In this document: positions 39,781-50,619 of the stretch, in pieces
Position numbering within the stretch: the stretch's first letter is position 1
Layout of the letters: the number at the start of each line of letters is the position of its first letter
Assembly: GCA_965220995.1 (NCBI GenBank)
Contig: OZ244856.1
Span: 680,623 to 744,622, forward strand
Length of the DNA: 64,000 bases
DNA from: Acidimicrobiia bacterium
Lineage (GTDB): Bacteria > Actinomycetota > Acidimicrobiia > Spongiisociales > ZC4RG35
Direction: 5' to 3'
The notes under the pieces: generated by a model
The model's input: the letters and a program-made list of their open reading frames with translations, nothing else
Database searches by the model: none
Told to the model about the DNA's origin: nothing
Program-made: the position numbers and the translations under genes

Positions 39781-41607
39781 ATGGCATCCGCAGTCGGGAT
39801 AGACCTCGGAACCACCAACAGCGTGATCGCCGCTCTCGAGGGCGGCGATCCGGTAATCATCGCCAATGCCGAGGGGGCTCGTACCACCCCGTCGGTAGTG
39901 GCATTCAAGGACGGGGAGATCCTGGTAGGAGAGGTGGCCAAGCGACAGGCCATCACCAACCCGGGGCTCACGGTCCGTTCAGTCAAGAGAAAGATGGGCA
40001 CCGATTGGTCGATCGAGGCCGATCAGAAGACCTACCGTGCCCAGGAGATTTCCGCTCGGGTGCTGCTCAAGCTCAAGCGCGACGCCGAGGCATTCCTGGG
40101 GGGAGCGGTCACGGACGCGGTAATCACGGTCCCCGCCTACTTCAACGACGCCCAGCGGCAGGCCACCAAGGAAGCCGGGGTGATCGCCGGGCTGAACGTG
40201 CTGCGCATCATCAATGAACCCACCGCCGCCTCCCTCGCTTATGGTCTGGACAAGGAAAGCGATCAAACCATCCTGGTGTTCGACCTGGGCGGGGGAACGT
40301 TTGACGTTTCGATCCTGGAAATCGGGGATGGGGTATTCGAGGTGAAGTCCACCAGCGGCGACACCAGCCTGGGCGGGGACGACTGGGATCAGGCCGTCAT
40401 CGACTGGTTGAACGGAAAGTTCCGGGCCGAGCACGGCGTGGACCTCTCCTCGGACCGTATGGCCGGCCAGCGACTTCGGGAGGCCGCCGAAAAGGCCAAG
40501 ATAGAGCTCTCCACCGTGGCCGAGACCGAGATCAACCTGCCCTTTGTCACCGCCACCTCGGCGGGTCCCCTCCATCTGAACTACAAGCTGACCCGCTCGC
40601 AGTTCCAAAAGCTCTCCGAGTCCCTCCTTGATCGGTTGGAGCGGCCCTTCCTCTCCGCGGTCAAGGACGCCGGCATCAACACGTCGGACATCGATCACGT
40701 GGTGCTGGTGGGTGGCTCCACCCGCATGCCCGCCGTGCAGGACCTGGTGGAGCGGTTGGCCGGTCGCAAGCCGCACCGGGGAGTCAACCCCGATGAGGTG
40801 GTGGCGGCCGGAGCGGCCATCCAGGCCGGGGTTCTCAAAGGTGAGGTGAAGGACGTGCTGCTCTTGGACGTCACCCCCTTGACTCTGGGGGTGGAGACCA
40901 AGGGAGCGGTGATGACCAAGATGATCGAGCGGAACACCACCATTCCCACCCGGCGTTCGGAGATCTTCACCACTGCCGAGAACAACCAGTCCTCGGTGGA
41001 GATCCACGTGCTCCAGGGAGAGCGGGCCATGGCCATGGACAACAAGAGCCTGGGCAAGTTCCTCTTGACCGGCATCCCTCCGGCCCCTATGGGGATTCCC
41101 CAGATCGAGGTCACCTTCGACATCGACGCCAACGGCATAGTCAATGTCTCGGCCAAGGACACGGCCACCGGAAAGCAGCAGGCCATGACCATCACCGGCG
41201 GCACCGCCCTCGGCCAGGATGAGATCGACCAAATGGTCAATGACGCCGAGCAGTACGAGGAAGAGGACCGCAAGAAGCGGGAAGCCGTCGAAACGCGTAA
41301 CCAGGCCGAACAACTGGTGAACCAAACCGAGAAGCTCATGGAAGAACAGGCCGAGCAGGTAACCGACGAAGAGCGCAGCGCCCTGGAAACGGCGCTGTCC
41401 GATTTGAAGGCGGTGCTGGAAAACCAGAATGCAGATTCCGACGCGGTGCGCGAGAAGATGGAGGCCCTGATCTCGGCCAGCCAGCAGATGGCCACCCGTC
41501 TCTACCAGGAAGCGGCCGCCCAGGCCCAGCAGAGCGAAAGCGAAGGCGACTCGGACGACGATGTGGTGGAGGCCGAGATCATCGAAGACGATGACGAGGA
41601 CCAGTAG
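39781..41607 (+). CDS. dnaK: Chaperone DnaK
   Basis: [41 protein letters not shown]. Confidence 0.98.
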   Translation: MASAVGIDLGTTNSVIAALEGGDPVIIANAEGARTTPSVVAFKDGEILVGEVAKRQAITNPGLTVRSVKRKMGTDWSIEADQKTYRAQEISARVLLKLKRDAEAFLGGAVTDAVITVPAYFNDAQRQATKEAGVIAGLNVLRIINEPTAASLAYGLDKESDQTILVFDLGGGTFDVSILEIGDGVFEVKSTSGDTSLGGDDWDQAVIDWLNGKFRAEHGVDLSSDRMAGQRLREAAEKAKIELSTVAETEINLPFVTATSAGPLHLNYKLTRSQFQKLSESLLDRLERPFLSAVKDAGINTSDIDHVVLVGGSTRMPAVQDLVERLAGRKPHRGVNPDEVVAAGAAIQAGVLKGEVKDVLLLDVTPLTLGVETKGAVMTKMIERNTTIPTRRSEIFTTAENNQSSVEIHVLQGERAMAMDNKSLGKFLLTGIPPAPMGIPQIEVTFDIDANGIVNVSAKDTATGKQQAMTITGGTALGQDEIDQMVNDAEQYEEEDRKKREAVETRNQAEQLVNQTEKLMEEQAEQVTDEERSALETALSDLKAVLENQNADSDAVREKMEALISASQQMATRLYQEAAAQAQQSESEGDSDDDVVEAEIIEDDDEDQ

Positions 41608-41610
41608 ACA

Positions 41611-42222
41611 GTGAGCGAATCGCAGAACGGACCAACCGAGGATCGGGCGCAGGAGAGTGTGCCGGCCGATCAGGTTGAGATCGTAGAGGAGAACCATCAG
41701 GCGGAAACGGAGGCTTCGGCCGATCCTTTCGGGGATCCGGCCGAAGCCCTGGCCCAGGCGCTGGAGGACTTGCAGGAGACCTCCCAACGGGCCGACGCCT
41801 CCCACCAGTCGTACCTGAGAGCCGTGGCGGACCTGGAGAACTATCGAAAGCGCATGCAGCGGGAACAGGAGGCAATAGTCTCTCGCACGACCGGGCGGGT
41901 CTTGGCCTCTCTTCTGCCCGTCCTGGACAGTTTCGATGCCGCCTTGGGCCAAGAGGAGTACCCGGAAGAGGAAAGCCAGGTGCTGTCCGGCATGAAAGCC
42001 ACCTACGACCTGTTGGTGGGAACCCTGCAGAACCAGGGTTTGGAGATGGTTCCCACTGCGGGACACCCGTTCTCCCCCGACCTTCACCAGCCGGTCAATG
42101 CTCCCCCCGACGGCCAGGGAGAGATTATGGTCTCCGACGAGGTTCGACGCGGTTATCGGCTCCGTGGACAGTTGTTGCGAGCCGCCTTGGTGGTGGTGAC
42201 CAGAAGGGAAGAATCCGAATAG
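41611..42222 (+). CDS. grpE: Nucleotide exchange factor GrpE
   Basis: RAVADLENYRKR, LLPVLDSF, GY.L..QLLRAA.V; position in operon. Confidence 0.95.
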   Translation: MSESQNGPTEDRAQESVPADQVEIVEENHQAETEASADPFGDPAEALAQALEDLQETSQRADASHQSYLRAVADLENYRKRMQREQEAIVSRTTGRVLASLLPVLDSFDAALGQEEYPEEESQVLSGMKATYDLLVGTLQNQGLEMVPTAGHPFSPDLHQPVNAPPDGQGEIMVSDEVRRGYRLRGQLLRAALVVVTRREESE

Positions 42223-43326
42223 ATGAATCGGGACTGGGCAGAGAAGGACTTCTACCAGATTCTGGGGATCGGCAAGTCGAGTACCCCCGAGGAGATCAAA
42301 CGCGCCTATCGGAAGCTCGCTCGCCGCTATCACCCCGACGCCAACCCCGGCGACGACGCCAAAGCCGAGCAGTTCAAGGGAATCTCGGAGGCCTATTCGG
42401 TGCTGTCCGACACCGAGAGTCGGCGGGAATACGACGAGTTCCGCCGGCTGGTTGAGTCGGGCGCGTACAGTCGCTTCCCCGGAGGCGGGCAAGGATCGCC
42501 TTTCGGAGGCCAGATCAATCTGGAGGACCTGTTGGGAGGGTTCGGCGACCTGTTCGGACGCGGCCGACAGACCACCGCCCGCAAGGGCGCCGACCTCACC
42601 GCCGACCTGCAACTCGCCTTCGGAGAAGCCGTGGCAGGAGCAACCAAATCAGTGGCCGTCCGGGGACAGGCGTCCTGTTCCGATTGCGGCGGACGGGGTA
42701 GCCGAGCCGGCACCTACCCCGATCCTTGTCAGGTTTGCAACGGGCAGGGATCCACCGTACAGAACCAGGGGCCCTTCTCCTTCAGCCGACCCTGCGCGGT
42801 ATGTCAGGGAACGGGCAGAATGATCAGGGACCCCTGCCCGGGATGCCGAGGAAGCGGCGCCCGGCACCGCACCCGCCATGTCAAGGTCAGGATCCCGCCC
42901 GGCGTCAAGGATGGAGGAAAGATCAGAATCAGGGGACGAGGCGCTCCGGGTCCACCGGGACAGGCGGCGGGGGACCTGCTGGTTCGGATCAAAGTGGATT
43001 CCCATCCGCTCTTCAAACGGGCCGGCAATGATATAAGCCTGGTGCTGCCCCTCACCTACTCGGAGGCCTCATTGGGCGCCACGCTCGAGATCCCCACTCT
43101 CAATGGCGCCGTCAAACTGCGAATCCCGTCCGGAACCCCCAATGGGAAGACCTTCCGGGTTCGGGGAAGAGGAGTCCCATCCCCGCGGGGCAAACCCGGC
43201 GATCTCCTGGTGGAGGCCAGAGTGGAGGTTCCCAAGCGGGTGAACCGCAAGCAACGGCGGCTCCTGCAAAGCCTGGCCGAACTGGACCCCGACGATATAC
43301 GCTCCCACTTCGGGGTGGACCGATGA
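42223..43326 (+). CDS. dnaJ: Chaperone DnaJ
   Basis: J-domain HPD, four CxxCxGxG repeats. Confidence 0.97.
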   Translation: MNRDWAEKDFYQILGIGKSSTPEEIKRAYRKLARRYHPDANPGDDAKAEQFKGISEAYSVLSDTESRREYDEFRRLVESGAYSRFPGGGQGSPFGGQINLEDLLGGFGDLFGRGRQTTARKGADLTADLQLAFGEAVAGATKSVAVRGQASCSDCGGRGSRAGTYPDPCQVCNGQGSTVQNQGPFSFSRPCAVCQGTGRMIRDPCPGCRGSGARHRTRHVKVRIPPGVKDGGKIRIRGRGAPGPPGQAAGDLLVRIKVDSHPLFKRAGNDISLVLPLTYSEASLGATLEIPTLNGAVKLRIPSGTPNGKTFRVRGRGVPSPRGKPGDLLVEARVEVPKRVNRKQRRLLQSLAELDPDDIRSHFGVDR

Positions 43327-43781
43327 GCCGCCGCAGCGATGCTCTGTTCGTCATTTCGGTGGCGGCCCGACTGTCGGGAATGCATCCCCAGACCCTGCGT
43401 ATTTATGAGAGGCGTGGTCTGGTGTCGCCCTATCGGACGGAAGGCGGCACCCGCCGGTATTCGCAGGAGGACATCGACCGGCTGCTGCTGATCAGCGAAC
43501 TCACCTCGGCGGGCCTCAACCTGGAGGGGGTGAGAATGGTGATGGAACTGCAGGATGAGATCTCAGCCATGCGCCAAGAGGAGCGCAGGGCGCGCCGCCA
43601 AAGGGACATTTGGGCCGGAGCCGTGGGAAGGGCGGCTCAGTTGGAGGCGGAGAATCAGCGTCTGCGGAAGCTCATCCGAGAACTGGACGACCGACTGAGC
43701 GCGGTCTCCGGAGAACTCGAGGGTCTGCGTCGTATCTACTATCAGGGCTGCTCTCCTCCTGATGACGCCGGGAAGGGCTAG
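43323..43781 (+). CDS. hspR: Heat-shock repressor HspR (MerR family)
   Basis: ISVAARLSGMHPQTLRIYERRGL, RT.GG.RRYS, GLNLEGV. Confidence 0.93.
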   Translation: MSRRSDALFVISVAARLSGMHPQTLRIYERRGLVSPYRTEGGTRRYSQEDIDRLLLISELTSAGLNLEGVRMVMELQDEISAMRQEERRARRQRDIWAGAVGRAAQLEAENQRLRKLIRELDDRLSAVSGELEGLRRIYYQGCSPPDDAGKG

Positions 43782-43794
43782 TCTGAGGTGCCTG

Positions 43795-44076
43795 ATGATT
43801 GATTCTTACCGCGGCGCCCTGAGAGTGATGGATCCCAACGGGTTTCTATTGGACATCGGGGCCTCCCACCTGCAGATAACCGACCCGGGTCGCAGGACCT
43901 GGCGCGGTCAGCTGAACGTGTCGAAGGGTTCCTGTCTCGACCGAAAGAGCCTGACCGCCCTGGTGGAAACCACCGATGGCGTCCGCGCCCTGGCGCAGAT
44001 CACTCCCGATGCCCGGACCGAACAAGGCAAGTTCGTCACGGTGACGGTGGAAGGCCTGGGCCAAGCCCCCTTTTAG
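43795..44076 (+). CDS. Small hypothetical protein
   Basis: GAGG RBS, follows hspR by 13 bp; no recognisable motif. Confidence 0.65.
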   Translation: MIDSYRGALRVMDPNGFLLDIGASHLQITDPGRRTWRGQLNVSKGSCLDRKSLTALVETTDGVRALAQITPDARTEQGKFVTVTVEGLGQAPF

Positions 44077-44143
44077 CCCCTTCCGGCTTTCCACCCACCT
44101 CCGGTCAAAGGCCGTGGGTGGCCGCCCAAGCGACGGCCAACCG

Positions 44144-46702
44144 TCACTCGCCGGTGGGAGACCAGACCAGGCCGAAGTCGTCGAAGTCGTTGATGGCGAC
44201 CTGGCGAATGTTCCTGCCATCCGCCCGCATGACAAATATCTGCCAATAGTCACCGCGGAAACTCTCGAAGGCGATTTGAGCGCCGTCCGGCGACCACACC
44301 GGATGGTCATCATGGAAGTCGGTGTGGGTGAGCTGTGTTATCCGGCCGCTTTCCACTTCCAGCACAAAGATGTTGTACGCCCCGCCCAGATCGGAGTGGA
44401 AGGCGATTTGAGCGCCGTCCGGCGACCACACCGGCCGCCCGTCAACCGCATCGTTGTGGGTCAGCTGGCGTTGATTGGAACCGTCCGCATCCATCACAAA
44501 GATCTCGAAATCGCCGTCGCGATCGCTCTCGAAGACGATCCGGCTACCGTCCGGTGACCATTTGGGAAACTCGTTGTCGTGTTCGTTGTCGGTGAGTAAT
44601 CTCACCTCGCTTCCGTCCGGATTCATCGTAAATATCTTCCAACCGGTTTCCTGGAAACTCTCGTAGGCGATGCGGGTGCCGTCCGGTGACCATCTCGGAC
44701 CCCATTCGAAGGTGTCCACATCGGTGATCTGTCGCACGTTTTGGCCGTCCGGGTCCATCACATACACATCACCATCGCCGTCCCGGTTGCTGGTGAAGAC
44801 GATCAGGCTGCCGTCGGGCGACCACGACGGGCGGCTGTCCCCGAACTCGTTGTCGGTGAGCTGCTCCAGGTTGGACCCGTCGGGATTCATTGCAAAGATC
44901 TCCGAGTCGCCGTCCCGCTGACTGGTGAACAGTATCCGAGTTCCGTCGGGCGACCACACGGGAAGGGCATCCCAGGACAGAGTGTCGGTCAGTTGTCTCC
45001 GGTTCGAACCGGCTGCATCCACCGCCGCCACATCGTAACGGAGTTCCCGGTTGCTGGTGTAGGCGATGCGAGTCCCGTCGGGAGACCACACCGGCTTTTC
45101 GTTGTGGTCGGCAGGGGAGACATCGGTAACCGAGTCGCCCTCGTTGAGCCTTCGGCGGTTGGAGCCGTCCGCATCCATCACCATTATCACCCCAAACCCC
45201 TCTTCATGGCTCTCGTAGGCGATGCGGGTCCCGTCGGGAGACCACGCCGGGTCGCCATCCCACTCATCGTTATCGGTAAGCTGTACCGTCGCCCCGGTGT
45301 CGGCGTTCAAAACGAACACCTCCCAATTGCCGGCCGGTTCACTCTCGTAGGCAATCCGGGAATCGGTGGGAGACCACGCGGGATCCCGGTCGGAGTGGTC
45401 GTTGACCGTCAACTGTGTCTGGTTGGAGCCGTCCGCATCCATCACAAAGATCTCCCGGTCGCCGTCCCGGTCGCTGACGAAGGCGATGCGAGCCCCGTCG
45501 GGAGACCACACCGGCTCACCGTCCCAGGCAGTGTTGTGAGTGAGGAGTTTCGCCCCCGAACCGTCGGCGTTCACCACCAGGACGTCGCGGTCGCCGTCCC
45601 GGTCGCTGACGAAGGCGATGCGAGCCCCGTCGGGCGACCACACCGGATCGGAATCGTGATGTTCGTTGGAAGTGATCTGGTCCTGGTTGGAGCCGTCCGC
45701 ATCCACCACATATAGGTCATCACCGCTGACGAAGGCGATGCGGGCGCCGTCGGGAGACCACACCGGGCTCTGATCCGGGAGGCTGTTGTAGGTGAGTCGA
45801 CGGACGTTGGAGCCGTCCGCATCCATAACGAACAAGTCGATGGAATTGTCACGGTGGCTGTGGAATGCAATATGAGCGCCGTCGGGCGACCACACCGGAT
45901 CAGAGTCCCTGACGTTGTTTTGGGTGAGCAGCATCTCATTGGAGCCGTCCGCATCCACCACCACTATCTCGTCGTTGGCCGACAGGGTGGTGTAGGCGAG
46001 TCGCTTGGGCGCCGGCTCGGGAAGCGGGGGAATCAAATCAAGAGCCCGGGCCAGAGCAAGGGCCATTTCCCCCCGGGTGATGGGCGCGTCGGGACAGAAC
46101 CGGTACAGCCCGTCGGGGCAGTCTCCGGTGATGCCCACCGCCGCCGTGGCGCCGATCCGGCCGGCGTGAATGTTGTCGGCGGTGTCGACGAACCCGGTCA
46201 CCGGATCGGGGCGCAACCCCACCGAACGGGCGATCAGGGTGGCCATCTCGCCCCGGGTCACTGGCTGATCAGGACAGAATCTATCCGAATCGGCAGTGCA
46301 ACCGATCGTCACTCCCCGGTCCCACAGTCGTTCCACGTAAGGCGCCCACCACTGATTGGGAGCTACATCTTCGAACTGCGAACTCTCCAAGGGAGATGGC
46401 GCCTCGTTGTCTATGAGCCGCCCCAACCAGACCGCCGCCTCCCACCGGGCGATTATCTCATCCGGACAATAGGCGTCGTCCTCGCATTCGACGCCTTCCA
46501 AAATGCCCCTCTCCGCCAACAGGCCGAGAGCGGTTTCTCCCAGGCTATGCTCGCCGTCCCCGGCGGTTTGCGCCGAAAGCGGACCAAGCATGCCCGACAC
46601 CAGTCCGACCAAACTGACCACCACAACACCACGTCTCCACCAAGGTCCATCAAACCTGCCGACATCCACCTCTGCGCTCCTTCCGAACAACCAGCGAACC
46701 AC
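44144..46702 (-). CDS. Secreted SLH-domain protein with TolB/PD40 beta-propeller repeats
   Basis: Signal peptide, three Cys-containing SLH repeats, about 14 PVWSPDG.RIAF repeats; start approximate. Confidence 0.9.
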   Translation of the reverse strand: MVRWLFGRSAEVDVGRFDGPWWRRGVVVVSLVGLVSGMLGPLSAQTAGDGEHSLGETALGLLAERGILEGVECEDDAYCPDEIIARWEAAVWLGRLIDNEAPSPLESSQFEDVAPNQWWAPYVERLWDRGVTIGCTADSDRFCPDQPVTRGEMATLIARSVGLRPDPVTGFVDTADNIHAGRIGATAAVGITGDCPDGLYRFCPDAPITRGEMALALARALDLIPPLPEPAPKRLAYTTLSANDEIVVVDADGSNEMLLTQNNVRDSDPVWSPDGAHIAFHSHRDNSIDLFVMDADGSNVRRLTYNSLPDQSPVWSPDGARIAFVSGDDLYVVDADGSNQDQITSNEHHDSDPVWSPDGARIAFVSDRDGDRDVLVVNADGSGAKLLTHNTAWDGEPVWSPDGARIAFVSDRDGDREIFVMDADGSNQTQLTVNDHSDRDPAWSPTDSRIAYESEPAGNWEVFVLNADTGATVQLTDNDEWDGDPAWSPDGTRIAYESHEEGFGVIMVMDADGSNRRRLNEGDSVTDVSPADHNEKPVWSPDGTRIAYTSNRELRYDVAAVDAAGSNRRQLTDTLSWDALPVWSPDGTRILFTSQRDGDSEIFAMNPDGSNLEQLTDNEFGDSRPSWSPDGSLIVFTSNRDGDGDVYVMDPDGQNVRQITDVDTFEWGPRWSPDGTRIAYESFQETGWKIFTMNPDGSEVRLLTDNEHDNEFPKWSPDGSRIVFESDRDGDFEIFVMDADGSNQRQLTHNDAVDGRPVWSPDGAQIAFHSDLGGAYNIFVLEVESGRITQLTHTDFHDDHPVWSPDGAQIAFESFRGDYWQIFVMRADGRNIRQVAINDFDDFGLVWSPTGE

Positions 46703-46818
46703 CTGCTAGAGGATACAAAACGGCAAGCGGGCGGGCCGGTATTCCGACGGGCTATCCGCACACGGTATTGATCAGTCCCGGCCTTCAGTGTCCCAACCCC
46801 ACCGTATTCTCCTGACAG

Positions 46819-47487
46819 ATGGCTGACCATATCGTTTGGGATTGGAACGGAACCCTGTGGGACGACCTCCCTCAGGTCCATGACGCCACCAACGCGGCGC
46901 TGGGAGCCATAGGGGGACCCTTTCTGACTCTGCCCGAGTACGTCAGTCTGTTCACCCGACCCCTGCCGGTCTTTTACCGGCGCGCCATGGGACGGGATCT
47001 GACACCCACCCAGTGGGAGCTTGTCAACCGAACTTTTGCCGCTTCATACCAGGACAGCCTTCATCTCGCTCAGTTGGCCGTCGAAGCCATACCGGCTCTG
47101 GAAGCGGTGGAAAGAAACGGCGCAACCCAGTCAATCCTCTCCCTGTATCCCCATCCCCGGTTGAGATCCCTGGTTTCCGACCTTGGGATTGGCCACTTTT
47201 TTTCGGAAGTCGAAGGCCTGCGCGGCGCTCCCGATCGAAGCAAGGTGGGCATGTTCGCCCCTCACCTCCGCAACGCCGCACCCGGAGTTCCGGCCCACCG
47301 TGTGACCATGATCGGAGACACCGACGACGACCTCTTCGCGGCCCAAGCCGCGGGGAGCGCCGGGATATTGATCAATCATCACGGGTATCACCCTCTGGGT
47401 GACCCCACCCTGGAGAGCTTTTTTGCCGAGGGACTCATGGAGGCTCTCCGAAGGGCCGGTTTGAGGACAACCTCCGGGCATCCGTAG
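46819..47487 (+). CDS. HAD family hydrolase
   Basis: WDWNGTL, ILS, K, MIGDT.DD. Confidence 0.9.
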   Translation: MADHIVWDWNGTLWDDLPQVHDATNAALGAIGGPFLTLPEYVSLFTRPLPVFYRRAMGRDLTPTQWELVNRTFAASYQDSLHLAQLAVEAIPALEAVERNGATQSILSLYPHPRLRSLVSDLGIGHFFSEVEGLRGAPDRSKVGMFAPHLRNAAPGVPAHRVTMIGDTDDDLFAAQAAGSAGILINHHGYHPLGDPTLESFFAEGLMEALRRAGLRTTSGHP

Positions 47488-47546
47488 AGCAGGAAACGCG
47501 ATCCCAAGACTCGATCCCAGCGCCCCGTCAATCTCCGGGGGCCCGA

Positions 47547-48509
47547 CTACCTCGATCGAACCAGATTGTGATAAGTATGGATGTAGCGAATGGCGCCGGT
47601 GGAGGCTCGCATGGTAACGCTGTGGGTGATTGCCTGGTCGTGGCCGAAATCCACCCCCCGAAGGAACTCACCGGTGGTCACTCCGGTGGCTGCCAGGTAG
47701 GCCTCGTTGCCCCCCACCAGATCCGTGGTGGTGATCACCTGATCCAGGTCCAAGCCGTGGTCGATCGCGTAGCGATGTTGCTGGTCGGTTCCCGCCCACA
47801 GACGAGTCTGAATCTCTCCTCCCATGCACCGCATGGCGGCCGCCGCGATCACCGCCTCCGGCGACCCTCCGATTCCCACCAGCAGATCGATCCCTGTCTC
47901 CGGGCGGGCGGCGGCGATGGCCGCGGAAACGTCCCCATCGCCGATCAGGCGGATGCGGGCCCCCGCCGAACGAACCTGCTGTATGTAATCGCGGTTGCGA
48001 GGGCGATCGAGCACGATCACGGTTAACTGGTGCAAAGCCAAACCCTTGGCCCGGGCCACCCTGCTCAGATTGTGGCTGACCGGCGCCTCCAGGTCGATCA
48101 TTCCGGCCGCCTCGGGGCCCACCGCCAGTTTGTCCATGTACACCAGGCCTCCGGGAGAGAACATGGTGTCCCTCTCGGACACCGCGATCACCGACAGTGC
48201 CCCGGGCCCTCCCCGGGCCGTCAGGGCCGTTCCATCAACGGGATCAACCGCGATGTCCACCGGGGTTCCCCGGCCGCTTCCCACCCGTTCCCCGTTGTGA
48301 AGCATGGGAGCATGGTCCTTTTCACCCTCCCCGATCACCACCACCCCGTCCAGGTCGATGGTGCTCAAACGCTCCCGCATCCCATCCACGGCCGCCTGGT
48401 CGACCGCCTCTTTGTCCCCCCGGCCCTGCCAGCGGGCCGCGGCAATGGCCGCCTGTTCGGTTACATTGGCAAGGTCGAGAGCGTAACTGCGATAGGCGTC
48501 GGCGGTCAT
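47547..48509 (-). CDS. glpX: Class II fructose-1,6-bisphosphatase
   Basis: DQAAV, VVIGEGEKD.APML, DIAVDPVDGT, YMDKL, LDRPR, DGDV. Confidence 0.95.
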   Translation of the reverse strand: MTADAYRSYALDLANVTEQAAIAAARWQGRGDKEAVDQAAVDGMRERLSTIDLDGVVVIGEGEKDHAPMLHNGERVGSGRGTPVDIAVDPVDGTALTARGGPGALSVIAVSERDTMFSPGGLVYMDKLAVGPEAAGMIDLEAPVSHNLSRVARAKGLALHQLTVIVLDRPRNRDYIQQVRSAGARIRLIGDGDVSAAIAAARPETGIDLLVGIGGSPEAVIAAAAMRCMGGEIQTRLWAGTDQQHRYAIDHGLDLDQVITTTDLVGGNEAYLAATGVTTGEFLRGVDFGHDQAITHSVTMRASTGAIRYIHTYHNLVRSR

Positions 48510-49696
48510 CACTCCACCCTTACCACCAGGGCGTCGCCCTGCCCTCCCCCTCCGCACAGAGCGGCCGCCCCCAAACCTCCTCCGGACTCCCGCAGGGCGC
48601 TGACCAGGGTCACCATCAGGCGGGCGCCGGTGGCGCCGATGGCATGACCCAGCGCCACCGCCCCCCCGTTGACATTCACCCGCGCATGGGGGATGCCCAG
48701 CATTCGGGCCGACCACAGAGCCACCGCCGCGAAAGCCTCATTGATCTCCACCATGTCCAGGTCGGAAGGGGAAAGATCGGCCTTCTTCAACGCCACGCGT
48801 ATGGCGTCCGCCGGACGCTCGTGGAGGGTGGCGTCGGGTCCCGATACCTGACCGTAGGACACTATCTCGGCCAGGATGGGGGCGCCCACCGCCTCCGCGG
48901 CCAAGCGGTCGGCCACCACCAGCGCCGCCGCCCCGTCGGATATCTGGGACGAGTTGCCGGCGGTCAGCGAGCCACCGGCGGTGAACGCCCCGGACAGCCC
49001 CGCCAGTTTCTCTTCGGTAGCTTCGGGACGGATGCCCTCATCGGCGCGGATCACAGCCGGGCCGCCGCGGCGCCGGGCAACCTCCACCGGTACGATCTCT
49101 TCGGCGAACCGGCCCTGTTCGGTGGCCCGGGCGGCCCTCCGATGGCTCTCCGCTGCCCACTCATCCTGCCCCGTCCGGGTTATGCCCAGCCGAGCATTCA
49201 CCCCATCTGACATCTCACCCATGGTGCACTGTTCGAAAGCGCAGAACAATCCGTCATGCAACATGAGATCCACCAAGTCGGCGTCTCCCATCCGCAACCC
49301 CGAACGGAGTCCACGCACCATATGAGGAGCGTTGCTCATCGATTCCATCCCTCCCGCCACCACGAAACCGGCCTCGCCCAGACGAATCGCATTGGCGGCC
49401 AGACCCACCGCCACCAATCCCGAGATGCACACCTTGTTCACATTCAAGGCGGGAACCGTCATGGGCAGACCCCCTCTGACTGCTGCTTGACGGGCGGTGA
49501 TCTGACCTTCCCCTCCCACCAGAACATGTCCGAAGATCACCTCGTCCACATCGCCTCCGGGAATGCCGGACCGCTCAACCGCCCCGGCGATGGCCAACCC
49601 GCCCAAATCCACCGCCCGAAGCGATGAAAGGGCGCCCAAATAGCGGCCGATGGGGGTGCGAGCCACCGAACAGATCACCGGATGGGAAGTCCTCAT
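48509..49696 (-). CDS. Acetyl-CoA C-acyltransferase (thiolase)
   Basis: [35 protein letters not shown]. Confidence 0.95.
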   Translation of the reverse strand: MRTSHPVICSVARTPIGRYLGALSSLRAVDLGGLAIAGAVERSGIPGGDVDEVIFGHVLVGGEGQITARQAAVRGGLPMTVPALNVNKVCISGLVAVGLAANAIRLGEAGFVVAGGMESMSNAPHMVRGLRSGLRMGDADLVDLMLHDGLFCAFEQCTMGEMSDGVNARLGITRTGQDEWAAESHRRAARATEQGRFAEEIVPVEVARRRGGPAVIRADEGIRPEATEEKLAGLSGAFTAGGSLTAGNSSQISDGAAALVVADRLAAEAVGAPILAEIVSYGQVSGPDATLHERPADAIRVALKKADLSPSDLDMVEINEAFAAVALWSARMLGIPHARVNVNGGAVALGHAIGATGARLMVTLVSALRESGGGLGAAALCGGGGQGDALVVRVE

Positions 49697-49774
49697 GACC
49701 CGAGAAGGGTAGTTGAAGGCCACTCCGACTCCGTCCATGAGGCTCGACTCGGCGCGTAACCCCACAGCCCGGTA

Positions 49775-50221
49775 ATGTGTCTAAACCTCCGACTGCGGGA
49801 GCCCCAAACCATCAAACTGCTCAACCTCGACCACGTCGGCATTGCCGTGCACAACCTCGACCGCTCGGTGGAGGAGTATCGAACCAAGTACGGGGCAACT
49901 CCCCTTTACCGAGAAACGATCTCCTCCCAAGGGGTGGAGGAGGCGATGATCCCGGTGGGAGGGTCCTTTATCCAACTGCTGCAACCCCTGGGGCCGGACA
50001 CGCCGGTCGGTCGGTTCCTGGCCCGTAAGGGAGAAGGGGTTCATCATCTGGCCTGGGCGGTGGCCGACATAGAGGCTGCTCTGGACCACCTCAAAAGTGA
50101 GGGGGCGCGGCTTATCGATCCGACCCCCCGGCGCGGCGGTCGGGGCGCCAAGATCGCCTTCGTCCACCCCCGCGACTGGGCGGGGACCCTGATCGAACTG
50201 GTGGAGTTGTCCGATGACTGA
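49775..50221 (+). CDS. mce: Methylmalonyl-CoA epimerase
   Basis: DHVGIAV, QGVEEA, GEGVHHLA, AFVHP, GTLIELVE; start uncertain. Confidence 0.92.
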   Translation: MCLNLRLREPQTIKLLNLDHVGIAVHNLDRSVEEYRTKYGATPLYRETISSQGVEEAMIPVGGSFIQLLQPLGPDTPVGRFLARKGEGVHHLAWAVADIEAALDHLKSEGARLIDPTPRRGGRGAKIAFVHPRDWAGTLIELVELSDD

Positions 50222-50522
50222 GCGTTTCGAGATACGGGGTGGCGCCGGGGAATACGAAGCGGCGGTTCTGGCGGCGGTGCTCGACCAGATCCGACGGCGG
50301 AGAAACGAGGCCCGGGCCCGTCGGCCCAAAGTGTCCCGCCATCTTTCCGCCTGGATGCGGGCCGGCCGATTGACCGCCGCCGATCCCATGCCGCGCCCCG
50401 ACCCGGGCCTGAACGGGGATGGAGCCCCCACCAGACCAACCGAGGTCCCCTGGCTGAGGTCACAGTCGGCGCAAAGCGGCGCCCATCCCGACCGAGCCGC
50501 GGTCACCGGCCCCTCCCCGTAG
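50214..50522 (+). CDS. Small hypothetical protein, possibly acyl-CoA carboxylase epsilon subunit-like
   Basis: IRGG..EYEAAVLAAVL...SAW...GR pattern; overlaps mce end. Confidence 0.55.
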   Translation: MTERFEIRGGAGEYEAAVLAAVLDQIRRRRNEARARRPKVSRHLSAWMRAGRLTAADPMPRPDPGLNGDGAPTRPTEVPWLRSQSAQSGAHPDRAAVTGPSP

Positions 50523-50619
50523 CCGGCGGGTAGACTTTGCGATCCGCGCCCGGCGGGTCCCTGACCCAAGGGACAGGCTGTGGTGTGGGACGAATTCTGA
50601 TGATGAGAGGACCCGGGTA

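Noticed and set aside
39979-42612. 877-aa ORF antisense to dnaK-grpE-dnaJ
   Set aside because: Well-known shadow ORF opposite dnaK in GC-rich genomes; no independent motifs or RBS
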